Below are positions 8,707 through 16,429 of a stretch of DNA of 30,049 bases, piece after piece (position 1 is the first letter of the stretch; each line of letters begins with the position of its first letter). Position numbers and translations under genes: made by a program. Location of the stretch: assembly GCA_964408835.1 (NCBI GenBank), contig CAYPAZ010000001.1, forward strand, positions 1 to 30,049, given 5' to 3'. The notes below the pieces were generated by a model that was not told the DNA's origin, did no database searches, and worked only from the letters and a program-made list of their open reading frames with translations. The stretch comes from an uncultured Anaerolineaceae bacterium (GTDB taxonomy: Bacteria > Chloroflexota > Dehalococcoidia > Tepidiformales > Tepidiformaceae).

Positions 8707-9591
8707 TTGCCGGTTATCTCAGTCGTTTCCGAACAACCCGGGGCCGGTAAGACCGGCGTGGCGGCGGCAATCGCGAGGCACCTGGCGTACCAGGGCACTG
8801 CGGCGCAGCTGGCCCGCATCGCCGATGGCGATCGCGCCGCCGAGGACGCTGCCTTTTACGCCGGACTCGACTTCGTGCCCGGCACTTCGGCCTCGACCAT
8901 TGACGTCTCCACGATCGCCGATCGCGGGCCAGGGACGGCTCTCGTGGTCGAGGGGAACGTGGAGTCGCTCGGCGCCGTGGGGTCGGTGGTGCTGGTCACG
9001 AGAGGGAGCGTCCCGGGGGAAGTTCCGGCGGGGGTTCAGCCTGTCGCGGTGGTAGTAACCGACGTCCCCGTGACGGCTTTGGAGAGCGTCCCATCCGAAC
9101 TCGGCGGGGTGCCGGTTGTTGCGCTTCCGGAGGATCGGGTCCTCGCGGGCTTCAGCGTCTCCGAGATCCGGGCGCTTTTGCGGGCGGAGGTCCTCGTCGA
9201 GGGTGAGCCCGCCGAGGCGACATCCGACTACCTGGTCATCGCGCCGATCGGTTCGGATGCGGGGCAGCCGTACTTCTTGCGCTTCGAGAGCAAGGCTGTG
9301 GTCGGCCGGTTCGACAAGACGGACATGCACCTGGCGGCTCTCCGGGCGTCGCCTAATGTGCTCATCCTCAGTGGTGGAAGGCACCCCAGTGACTATGTCT
9401 TCGACGCCGCGCGGGCGATGGGTGTCCCCGTGCTGCTCTCCGCGAACGACACCGAGAACACCGTGATCGCGCTCGAAGGGATCTGGGATCGGACCCGGTT
9501 CCATGGCCAGAGGAAGCTGGATCGCATGGCTGCCCTGCTTGAGGGCTCGGTATTGTTCCAGGCGGTATGGGCCGCGGGGGCGGCAGTCTAA
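8707..9591 (+). CDS. Stand-alone BioD-like P-loop / DRTGG-domain protein (Pta N-terminal-like), 294 aa
   Basis: TTG at 8707 follows GAAGGGGA. P-loop SEQPGAGKT. DRTGG-like part LPEDRVL...VIAPIGSD...VGRFDKTD...LILSGG...VPVLL...DT. No Pta catalytic domain. Confidence 0.75.
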   Translation: MPVISVVSEQPGAGKTGVAAAIARHLAYQGTAAQLARIADGDRAAEDAAFYAGLDFVPGTSASTIDVSTIADRGPGTALVVEGNVESLGAVGSVVLVTRGSVPGEVPAGVQPVAVVVTDVPVTALESVPSELGGVPVVALPEDRVLAGFSVSEIRALLRAEVLVEGEPAEATSDYLVIAPIGSDAGQPYFLRFESKAVVGRFDKTDMHLAALRASPNVLILSGGRHPSDYVFDAARAMGVPVLLSANDTENTVIALEGIWDRTRFHGQRKLDRMAALLEGSVLFQAVWAAGAAV

Positions 9592-10371
9592 CTAGCTGCG
9601 TTCCGGCTCTGGCCCGAGTGTTGCGTCGATGACGCCGTCGTCGGCCTGGGCTTTCGGAGGTGGCTGCTCACGTTTTGCCGGGGCGAAGGGGTCATGGGTT
9701 TTCTGCGGCTCGAAGGGATCGCGCCGCTGCTCAGCCTGGGGTTGAGCCGGGGTTCGCTGCCGCGTCACCGTGTTCGCCGGACGCGTCGACGCTCGCGCGG
9801 GAGGGGGTTGCGCCGCGACCGGGGTGGGTGGCGACGGCCTTTGAGCGGGTCGAGTCTCTCGCCCATTCGAGGGCGAAGCGCCGGGAAGCGCCGGCCTGGC
9901 TGCACGTACGGGGAAGACCTCTCGCGGGGGCTTTTCGAGCCCGCAAAACGGGCATGCCATCCACGCGTAGCTCAGCGGCTTGGCGCATGAGCGGCAAGGC
10001 TCCTTGAGCTGCGTCCGGCACGAGGGGCAGATCAGGTACTCCTCGTAGACGCGGCGTTTGCAGGTAGGGCAGGACTTCTGGTCCTCAAGTTCCTGGAGGA
10101 GCGCTTCTTCCTCGAGAGACCGTTCGTAGAGCTCTGTGAGCGTGTAACGCGGGCGGAGGATCAGATAAATCCAGTGCCCCGGCAGGAAGAAGAACAGGAC
10201 GAGGAGAATGGCGACGGTCTGGATAATCGGGTCGCGCGTCCGCTGGCGGATGTCCCGGTACGCCCAGAAGACAAGCGTCGCCCACATTGCCGCGACGTAG
10301 ATGCCACCGACCACCAGAATGAGCCGCAGGGTCGCTTCCCAGGACCCGCCCGGCCAGCTGATGGAGTCCAT
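9592..10371 (-). CDS. Membrane-anchored double zinc-ribbon protein with Pro/Ala-rich tail, 259 aa
   Basis: Two N-terminal hydrophobic segments ending IYLILRP, four CxxC pairs (CPTC, CPSC, CRSC, CPFC) and a low-complexity C-terminus. Strong GGAGGTG SD. Confidence 0.8.
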   Translation of the reverse strand: MDSISWPGGSWEATLRLILVVGGIYVAAMWATLVFWAYRDIRQRTRDPIIQTVAILLVLFFFLPGHWIYLILRPRYTLTELYERSLEEEALLQELEDQKSCPTCKRRVYEEYLICPSCRTQLKEPCRSCAKPLSYAWMACPFCGLEKPPREVFPVRAARPALPGASPSNGRETRPAQRPSPPTPVAAQPPPARASTRPANTVTRQRTPAQPQAEQRRDPFEPQKTHDPFAPAKREQPPPKAQADDGVIDATLGPEPERS

Positions 10372-10415
10372 TCACACCTCCGGAGGCGCCGGGGGCCGCC
10401 GCCCCTCCGAAACCG

Positions 10416-10424
10416 AGTATAACA
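10416..10424 (-). promoter_or_regulatory. Putative extended -10 promoter (TGtTATACT) of the zinc-ribbon gene
   Basis: The minus strand reads TGT-TATACT about 45 nt upstream of ATG 10371. Confidence 0.55.
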
Positions 10425-10495
10425 TCGGCCTTCCAACCGGCCATCCGAAATCGCTCAGGTGCCTGCACATTTGCTGCCAACGCTCCCGGGGCGAG

Positions 10496-10504
10496 TGATA
10501 GGAT
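10496..10504 (+). promoter_or_regulatory. Putative extended -10 promoter (TGaTAGGAT) for leaderless pcrA
   Basis: TGA-TAGGAT-ggccct-GTG (6 nt gap), with no SD. Confidence 0.55.
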
Positions 10505-10510
10505 GGCCCT

Positions 10511-12691
10511 GTGACTGCCGCCAATGCCCTGCCCTCTGTCACCGAAGGACTGAACGAGCCTCAGCAATCGGCAGTGACCCACGGCGATGGGCCGGTGCTG
10601 ATCCTCGCTGGCCCCGGGAGCGGGAAGACAAGGGTCATCACACAGCGCATCGCCTACCTCGTGCGGGAGCGGCGCGTACCTCCCTGGCGGATACTGGCCG
10701 TCACCTTCACGAACAAGGCGGCGCGGGAAATGCGCGAACGCGCCGAGCGGCTCCTTGGCGAGGATGCCTCCGCGCTTAGCCTCGGTACATTCCACGCGAT
10801 GTGCGCGCGCTGGCTGCGCATCGACGGTGAGCAGATCGGCATCCCCCGCACCTTCGTCATTTACGACGACGCCGACCAGGTCGGGCTGATGAAGCGCATC
10901 CTCGAGGACATGAATGTCGATCCGCGGCGGTTCAGCCCGCGAGCTGTGCTCTCGGCCGTATCCCACGCCAAGAGCGAACTCATCACCACGGATGAGTACG
11001 GCCGCCGGAGCCAGGACTACTTCAGCGAGGTTGCCGGGCGAGCCTTCGAGCGGTACGACGCGGTGCTGCGCGCGGCCTCCGCGCTCGACTTCGACGACCT
11101 GCTCGTCGAGAGCGTGCGCCTCTTTCGCGAGAGCGCGGAGACGCTGGAGAAGTACGCCGGGCGCTATCTGCACGTGCTTGTGGACGAGTTCCAGGACACG
11201 AACATCGCCCAGTACGTTTTGGCGCGCCAGCTGGCGAGCGAACACGGCAACATCTGCGTCGTTGGGGACCCCGACCAGAGCATTTACTCGTGGCGTTCCG
11301 CCGACATCCGCAACATTCAGAACTTCGAACGCGACTTCCCCGGGTGCACAACCTACCTGCTGGAGCAGAACTACCGCTCGACCCAGGCCATCCTCGATGC
11401 GGCGGACGCGGTTATCGGCAGGAACCCGAACCGGAAGGAACGGAAGCTCTGGACCGACCGCGGGGGTGGGGACCTCATCGTCACGTACGACGCCTACAAC
11501 GACGAGGAAGAGGGCGAGTTCGTGGCGCGGGAGGTCGAACGCCTGGCATCGACCGGGAGGACGTACAGCGACGTGGCCGTCATGTACCGGACGAATGCTC
11601 AATCCCGCCCCCTGGAGGAGGCGCTGCTGCGGCATCGCATCCCGTACCGGCTGATAGGTGGGGTCCGCTTCTATCAACGGCGTGAAATCAAGGATCTCAT
11701 CGCGTACCTTCGCGTCCTCCACAACCGTGGCGACGAGGCCAGCCTGCTACGGATCATCAACGTCCCCGGCCGCGGGATCGGCGACCGCACCATCGAAAGG
11801 CTCCGGGCCATTGCAGCGGAGTCCGGGATCTCAACCTGGGACGCGTGTGAGGAGGTGTCGTCGGGCCGGGTGGAAAGTGGCATCGCGGGGCGTTCGCTGA
11901 CCGCCGTGCGCGAATTCGTCCACATCATCGAATCGCTGCGCACAAAGGTAGATGCGCCCTTGCCGGAGTTGCTGGATGCGGTGCTGACGAGCACGGGATA
12001 CGCCACCTATCTCCGTGACGGCGACCCCGAGGGCGAGGAGCGTCTCGAGAACGTGCTCCAGCTGCGGTCTGTGATGAGCCAGTACGAGGATGTGGGTGAG
12101 GAGGGGCGCGACCTCGCGACGTTCCTCCACGATGTGGCTCTTGTGGCCGATGTCGACGAGATGCGCGAGGGAGTGGAAGCGGTCACGCTCATCACGCTGC
12201 ACACGGCCAAGGGGCTGGAGTTCCCGATCGTGTTCATGGTCGGAATGGAGGAGGGAGTGCTGCCGCACATCCGGAGCTTCGATGACCCGCGCCAGATGGA
12301 GGAGGAGCGCCGGCTGGCCTATGTCGGCATCACGCGGGCGAAGGACGCCCTCTATCTCACGCGAGCGTACCGCCGCTACACGATGGGCGGCGCGCAGGTG
12401 AACCCGCCATCGCGATTCCTGGGGGACATCCCGGGAGGGCTGCTGCAACCGCACGGAGGCGCGAAGCGCTCGTACCTTCAGACGGCCACTTCCCCGCCTC
12501 CGGACGAAACCTTCCGGCCAGCCGCGGCGGCATTCAACGCGGGTGACCGGGTGGCCCACCCGAAGTTCGGTGCTGGAGTGGTGGTGAGCACCCAGAGTCG
12601 CGGGAACGACGTCGAACTCGTCGTTGCGTTCGAGGGAGCCGGCGTGAAGCGGCTGCTCCAGAGTCTCGCGCCGTTGAGCAGTGCGACATGA
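10511..12691 (+). CDS. pcrA: ATP-dependent DNA helicase PcrA/UvrD (SF1A), 726 aa
   Basis: LNEPQ, AGPGSGKT, TFTNKAA, DFDDL, VDEFQDTN, VGDPDQSIYSWR, LEQNYRS, YRTNAQS, TLHTAKGLEF, EERRLAYVGITRA and a C-terminal Tudor-like GDRVAHPKFGAGVV. Confidence 0.96.
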   Translation: MTAANALPSVTEGLNEPQQSAVTHGDGPVLILAGPGSGKTRVITQRIAYLVRERRVPPWRILAVTFTNKAAREMRERAERLLGEDASALSLGTFHAMCARWLRIDGEQIGIPRTFVIYDDADQVGLMKRILEDMNVDPRRFSPRAVLSAVSHAKSELITTDEYGRRSQDYFSEVAGRAFERYDAVLRAASALDFDDLLVESVRLFRESAETLEKYAGRYLHVLVDEFQDTNIAQYVLARQLASEHGNICVVGDPDQSIYSWRSADIRNIQNFERDFPGCTTYLLEQNYRSTQAILDAADAVIGRNPNRKERKLWTDRGGGDLIVTYDAYNDEEEGEFVAREVERLASTGRTYSDVAVMYRTNAQSRPLEEALLRHRIPYRLIGGVRFYQRREIKDLIAYLRVLHNRGDEASLLRIINVPGRGIGDRTIERLRAIAAESGISTWDACEEVSSGRVESGIAGRSLTAVREFVHIIESLRTKVDAPLPELLDAVLTSTGYATYLRDGDPEGEERLENVLQLRSVMSQYEDVGEEGRDLATFLHDVALVADVDEMREGVEAVTLITLHTAKGLEFPIVFMVGMEEGVLPHIRSFDDPRQMEEERRLAYVGITRAKDALYLTRAYRRYTMGGAQVNPPSRFLGDIPGGLLQPHGGAKRSYLQTATSPPPDETFRPAAAAFNAGDRVAHPKFGAGVVVSTQSRGNDVELVVAFEGAGVKRLLQSLAPLSSAT

Positions 12692-13587
12692 TCCCGTTCC
12701 TCTTCAACCCGGCAAGCTGGGACGACTGGGAGGCCTGGCTGGACGCCAACGCCACTGCCCTGGTGGTCATCCTTGGGTTCCTGATCATCTCGTGGTGGCT
12801 TTACCGGGCGTTCGTGGTGCGCTTCTTCCAGCGCGCGGTGGAGCGGGCCGGGCGGATGCGAGGCGACCAGGACATGGTCTCGGTGGAGCGCCGCGCCAAG
12901 ACGCTGGCCTCGACGCTGAACTGGCTGGGCGCGTTGTTCATCGGCTTCGTCGGGATCGGGCTGTTGCTGTCACAGCTTGGCCTGAACGTTTCGGCGCTGA
13001 TTGCGGGCGTCGGCGTGGCCGGCATCGCGCTCGGCCTTGGGGCGCAGACGCTCGTCCGCGATGTCATCAACGGCATGTTCATCCTCACCGAGGACCAGTA
13101 CCGGGTTGGCGATGTCGTCCGCGTCGGTGGAGTCGCCGGCGAAGTCATCGAGCTCAATCCCCGCCGCACCGTGCTCCGGGACCTCGACGGTCACGTCCAT
13201 GTCGTGCCCAACAGCGCCATCACCATCGCTACCAACATGACGCGGGGGTTCTCCCGGGTGAACCTGAATATCGGGGTCGCCTACGAGGAGGACATCGATC
13301 GCGTTGTGCGCGTGGTGAACGAGGTTTGCGAGGAGGTTGCGATCGAGCGCGCGGAAGACATCCTCAAGGCGCCGGCGGTCCTGCGGGTCGATGCGCTCGG
13401 CGAGAACAGCGTGGAGGTGAAGGTGACGGGAGACGTGCGAGCCGGGAAACAGTGGGAGGTCACCGGCGCACTCAGGGCGGCGGTCAAGAAGCGGTTTGAC
13501 GAAGAAGGAATCGAGATCCCCTACCCGCACCGGGTGACGATCACCAGGCCTGGGCCGTCCCCGGACGGCGCGGAGCGTATGGACTGA
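12688..13587 (+). CDS. Small-conductance mechanosensitive channel (MscS family), 299 aa
   Basis: Pore helix ALIAGVGVAGIALGLGAQTLVRDVINGMFIL, YRVGDVV, GEVIELNPRRT, HVVPNSAI and C-terminal IEIPYP. ATGA overlap with pcrA. Confidence 0.92.
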   Translation: MIPFLFNPASWDDWEAWLDANATALVVILGFLIISWWLYRAFVVRFFQRAVERAGRMRGDQDMVSVERRAKTLASTLNWLGALFIGFVGIGLLLSQLGLNVSALIAGVGVAGIALGLGAQTLVRDVINGMFILTEDQYRVGDVVRVGGVAGEVIELNPRRTVLRDLDGHVHVVPNSAITIATNMTRGFSRVNLNIGVAYEEDIDRVVRVVNEVCEEVAIERAEDILKAPAVLRVDALGENSVEVKVTGDVRAGKQWEVTGALRAAVKKRFDEEGIEIPYPHRVTITRPGPSPDGAERMD

Positions 13588-13671
13588 GGGCTCAGTCCCA
13601 CGTTCGGGAGGCATTGGCGCGAACCGTGCGGTCGAATGAGCTGGATGTCGCGTACGGGCGTCACGACACGG

Positions 13672-14154
13672 TCAGCCTCGGTCTGGGCGCTTCGGGACCA
13701 TGACTTTGCGCCGGAAGTAGCAGACTTCCTCGCCCCGCTGGTTGAAGCCCCGCGTCTCGACGGTGACGATGCCGCGGTCCGGCTTGCTGGAGGACTCGAC
13801 TTTGTCGAGCACAGTAGTTTCGCCCCGGATGGTATCGCCATGGAAGGTGGGCTTCGTGTGCTGGAGGCTCTCGATCTCGAGGTTGGCGATGGCCTTCCCC
13901 GAGACATCGGCGACGCTCATTCCGAGCAGCAGTGAGTAGACCAGGTTGCCCACCACCACGTTCTGCCCGAACTGGCTCTCCTCCTCGGCATACCAGCGGT
14001 CGGAGTGGAGGGGGTGGTGGTTCATCGTCATGTCGCAGAAGAGGTGGTCCATCTCCTCCGTGATCGTTTTGCCGGGCCAGTGCTTGTAGACATCGCCGAC
14101 GACAAAGTCCTCGTAGTATCGGCCGAACTTGTCCCGGCCATCATGCACGGTCAT
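13672..14154 (-). CDS. MaoC-family (R)-enoyl-CoA hydratase; candidate mesaconyl-CoA hydratase, 160 aa
   Basis: FGRYYEDF..G.VYKHWPGKTITE..DHLFC..TMNHHPLH...GKAIANL...PTFHGDT...FRRKVMVP. ATG 14154 follows AAGGCGGAG. The specific function is inferred from ccr linkage. Confidence 0.85.
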   Translation of the reverse strand: MTVHDGRDKFGRYYEDFVVGDVYKHWPGKTITEEMDHLFCDMTMNHHPLHSDRWYAEEESQFGQNVVVGNLVYSLLLGMSVADVSGKAIANLEIESLQHTKPTFHGDTIRGETTVLDKVESSSKPDRGIVTVETRGFNQRGEEVCYFRRKVMVPKRPDRG

Positions 14155-14248
14155 GAGGTGGCTCCGCCTTGTCTCGAACCACGAAGACACAAGGGACATG
14201 ACGACCCACTAAAGCCACAGGTCCGGGACGTGGTGCTGTCGTGGGGAA

Positions 14249-15421
14249 TCATACCGGGTAGTCGCGGAGGAGGTTGCGGGTAATGACCAGCTTCTGGATG
14301 TCGCTTGTGCCCTCGGCGATGATCATCAGAGGGGCGTCGCGGTAGTACCGTTCAAGCGGTAGCTCCTTGCTGTAGGCCACTCCGCCGTGAATACGCATGG
14401 CGTCGAGGACCACCTCCTGGGCGATCTCCGTCGCGAACAGCTTCGCCATGCCGGCGTCGAGATCGCTGCGTTCGCCGGCGTCCTTCTTGCGCGCCGCGTC
14501 GAACGTTAGCAGCCGGGCAGCGCGGATCTTCGTCGCCATCTCCGCGAGCCTGATCTGCTGGGCCTGGTGCTGGATGATGGGTACACCGAACGCTTCACGC
14601 TTCTGGGCATAGCGTATGGCGTCGTCGAAGGCCGCCTGAGCGACGCCGACTCCCCTGGCGGCGACGTTGACTCGGCCAACTTCAAGTGCGGACATAATGT
14701 GTTGGAAGCCGCTCCCCTCCTGGCCCCCCAACACCGCGCTCGCCGGGACGCGCGCATCCTCGAAGGAAAGTTCGGTCGTCTCGACGCCCTTGTAGCCGAG
14801 CTTCTCGAACTTCTTGCCTTTGATGAAGCCGGGGGTGTCGTGGGGGACCAGGAACGCGGTGATCCCGCGGTGTCGCGGTTCGGCGTTGGGGTCGGTCTTG
14901 GTCATGACGAGGTAGACACCGGCGCGATGGCCGTTCGTGACCCACATTTTCTGGCCGTTGATGACATAGTCGTCGCCGTCGCGGCGGGCGGTCGTCTTGA
15001 TGGCCTGGGCATCGGAGCCAGCGTCAGGTTCGGTGATGCTCAGCGCACATCGCATCTCCGGTTCCACGAGCTTTGGGAGGTAGTAGTCCTTCTGCTCCGT
15101 GGTGCCGTACTCGTTGATGGCGTAACCGACGAGCACATGCGTGTTGATGATGCCGGCGAGGCTCATCCACCCCCTTGCGAGTTCGATGCAGACCCCCGCG
15201 TAGCATTCGAACGTCAGGTCGAGCCCGCCGTAGCTCTCCGGGATCTTGATCCCGAACAGGCCCATGTCGGACATCCCCTTGAGTAGCGGCTCGGGGAACT
15301 CGTCTGCGTGCTCGAACTCGGAAGCGCTGGGCCGGACCTCGCGGTCGACCCACACCCCGACGTTGCTCACGATCTCGCGGGCGATAGGGTCGAGGATGTC
15401 GGCGGCGAAGTCGCGGGCCAT
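14249..15421 (-). CDS. Acyl-CoA dehydrogenase; candidate methylsuccinyl-CoA dehydrogenase, 390 aa
   Basis: IPESYGG, ARGWMSLAGIINTH, SITEPDAGSD, NGQKMWVTNG, GYKGVETTEL, EVGRVNVAARG, IHGG and AEGTSDIQK. The specific function is inferred from context. Confidence 0.9.
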   Translation of the reverse strand: MARDFAADILDPIAREIVSNVGVWVDREVRPSASEFEHADEFPEPLLKGMSDMGLFGIKIPESYGGLDLTFECYAGVCIELARGWMSLAGIINTHVLVGYAINEYGTTEQKDYYLPKLVEPEMRCALSITEPDAGSDAQAIKTTARRDGDDYVINGQKMWVTNGHRAGVYLVMTKTDPNAEPRHRGITAFLVPHDTPGFIKGKKFEKLGYKGVETTELSFEDARVPASAVLGGQEGSGFQHIMSALEVGRVNVAARGVGVAQAAFDDAIRYAQKREAFGVPIIQHQAQQIRLAEMATKIRAARLLTFDAARKKDAGERSDLDAGMAKLFATEIAQEVVLDAMRIHGGVAYSKELPLERYYRDAPLMIIAEGTSDIQKLVITRNLLRDYPV

Positions 15422-15424
15422 GGT

Positions 15425-16327
15425 TCAGCTTCCGGCGAGGGCCCGCTCGCGGGCCTCGATATCACTCTGCCACTCAACGATGTCGACTGCCCGCAGGTAG
15501 ATGGGCCGGTCGATCATCTTGCCGTCGAGCCCGACTGCGCCGAGTCCCTGCCGTTCGCCCTCTTCGTAGGCTTCGACGACGCGCTTCGCCCAATCCAGCT
15601 CATCGTCCGGCGGGGCGAAGACGCGGTTGGCCACATCGACCTGGGTCGGATGGATGCAGTACTTGCCGCGGTAGCCGAGGACGCGTGCGTGGGTAATGTC
15701 CCGTTCGAAGTGCTCGATGTCCTGGTAGTCGGGCTCGGGGCAGTCGATGGGTACAAGATTCGCCGCCATGGCAGCGTTCGCCATCCGGGCCCGGCCATAC
15801 TCGATCTCGACGCCGCCACGGGTGCGCATGACGCCGAGGCTGGTGACGTAGTCCTCGGCGCCCATCGAGGCCCCTATCAGGCGGCCGGAGCTGAAGCAGA
15901 TCGCCTCCACTTTGGCCATGCCTTCTGTCGACTCGATCCACGGGATGAGCTTCACGGTGCCGGGCTCCATACCCTGCGTCTTTTCCAGCAGCGTCAGATA
16001 GTGGTCGACCTGGACCAGCGTCTCCGGGTTGTGCGTCTTGGGCAGATGGATGCCGTCGAGCCCGGGACGGACCACTGCCTCAAGGTCCTCTTCCAGCAGC
16101 CCGGTGGTCAGATCGTTCGGCCGGACGAACACCATGCGGCCCTTCTTGGGGAAGTCGGGAAGGACGCCCTTCACGATCTCGCGGGCCTTCGGCTTGTCGG
16201 CGAACGCAACCGAGTCCTCAAGGTCGAACAGGATGATGTCGGCCGGGATGTCCCGCGCCTTCTCGATGAACCGTTCGCGGATCCCAGGGACGGACATCAT
16301 GGAACGGATGATGGGGAGCTTCACCAT
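15425..16327 (-). CDS. CitE/malyl-CoA lyase-family CoA-ester lyase (HpcH/HpaI), 300 aa
   Basis: RSMMSVPG, DLEDSVA, FVRPN, IESTEG, GAEDY, GKYCIHPTQV and C-terminal DGKMID. ATG 16327 follows GAAAGG. Confidence 0.88.
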   Translation of the reverse strand: MVKLPIIRSMMSVPGIRERFIEKARDIPADIILFDLEDSVAFADKPKAREIVKGVLPDFPKKGRMVFVRPNDLTTGLLEEDLEAVVRPGLDGIHLPKTHNPETLVQVDHYLTLLEKTQGMEPGTVKLIPWIESTEGMAKVEAICFSSGRLIGASMGAEDYVTSLGVMRTRGGVEIEYGRARMANAAMAANLVPIDCPEPDYQDIEHFERDITHARVLGYRGKYCIHPTQVDVANRVFAPPDDELDWAKRVVEAYEEGERQGLGAVGLDGKMIDRPIYLRAVDIVEWQSDIEARERALAGS

Positions 16328-16429
16328 AGTCAGGTCGCCTTTCGACAGAGGGTAGTGAAGGAGGCATCGCATTATGGATGCTTCCCGGGAGTCAGCGCAC
16401 GTGGGCGGCGTGGCCCGGCGCGCCCGGGG

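Noticed and set aside
14155-14248. Hairpin partly covering the MaoC SD in the acd-maoC spacer
   Set aside because: The pairing needs several bulges and is unremarkable at this GC content.
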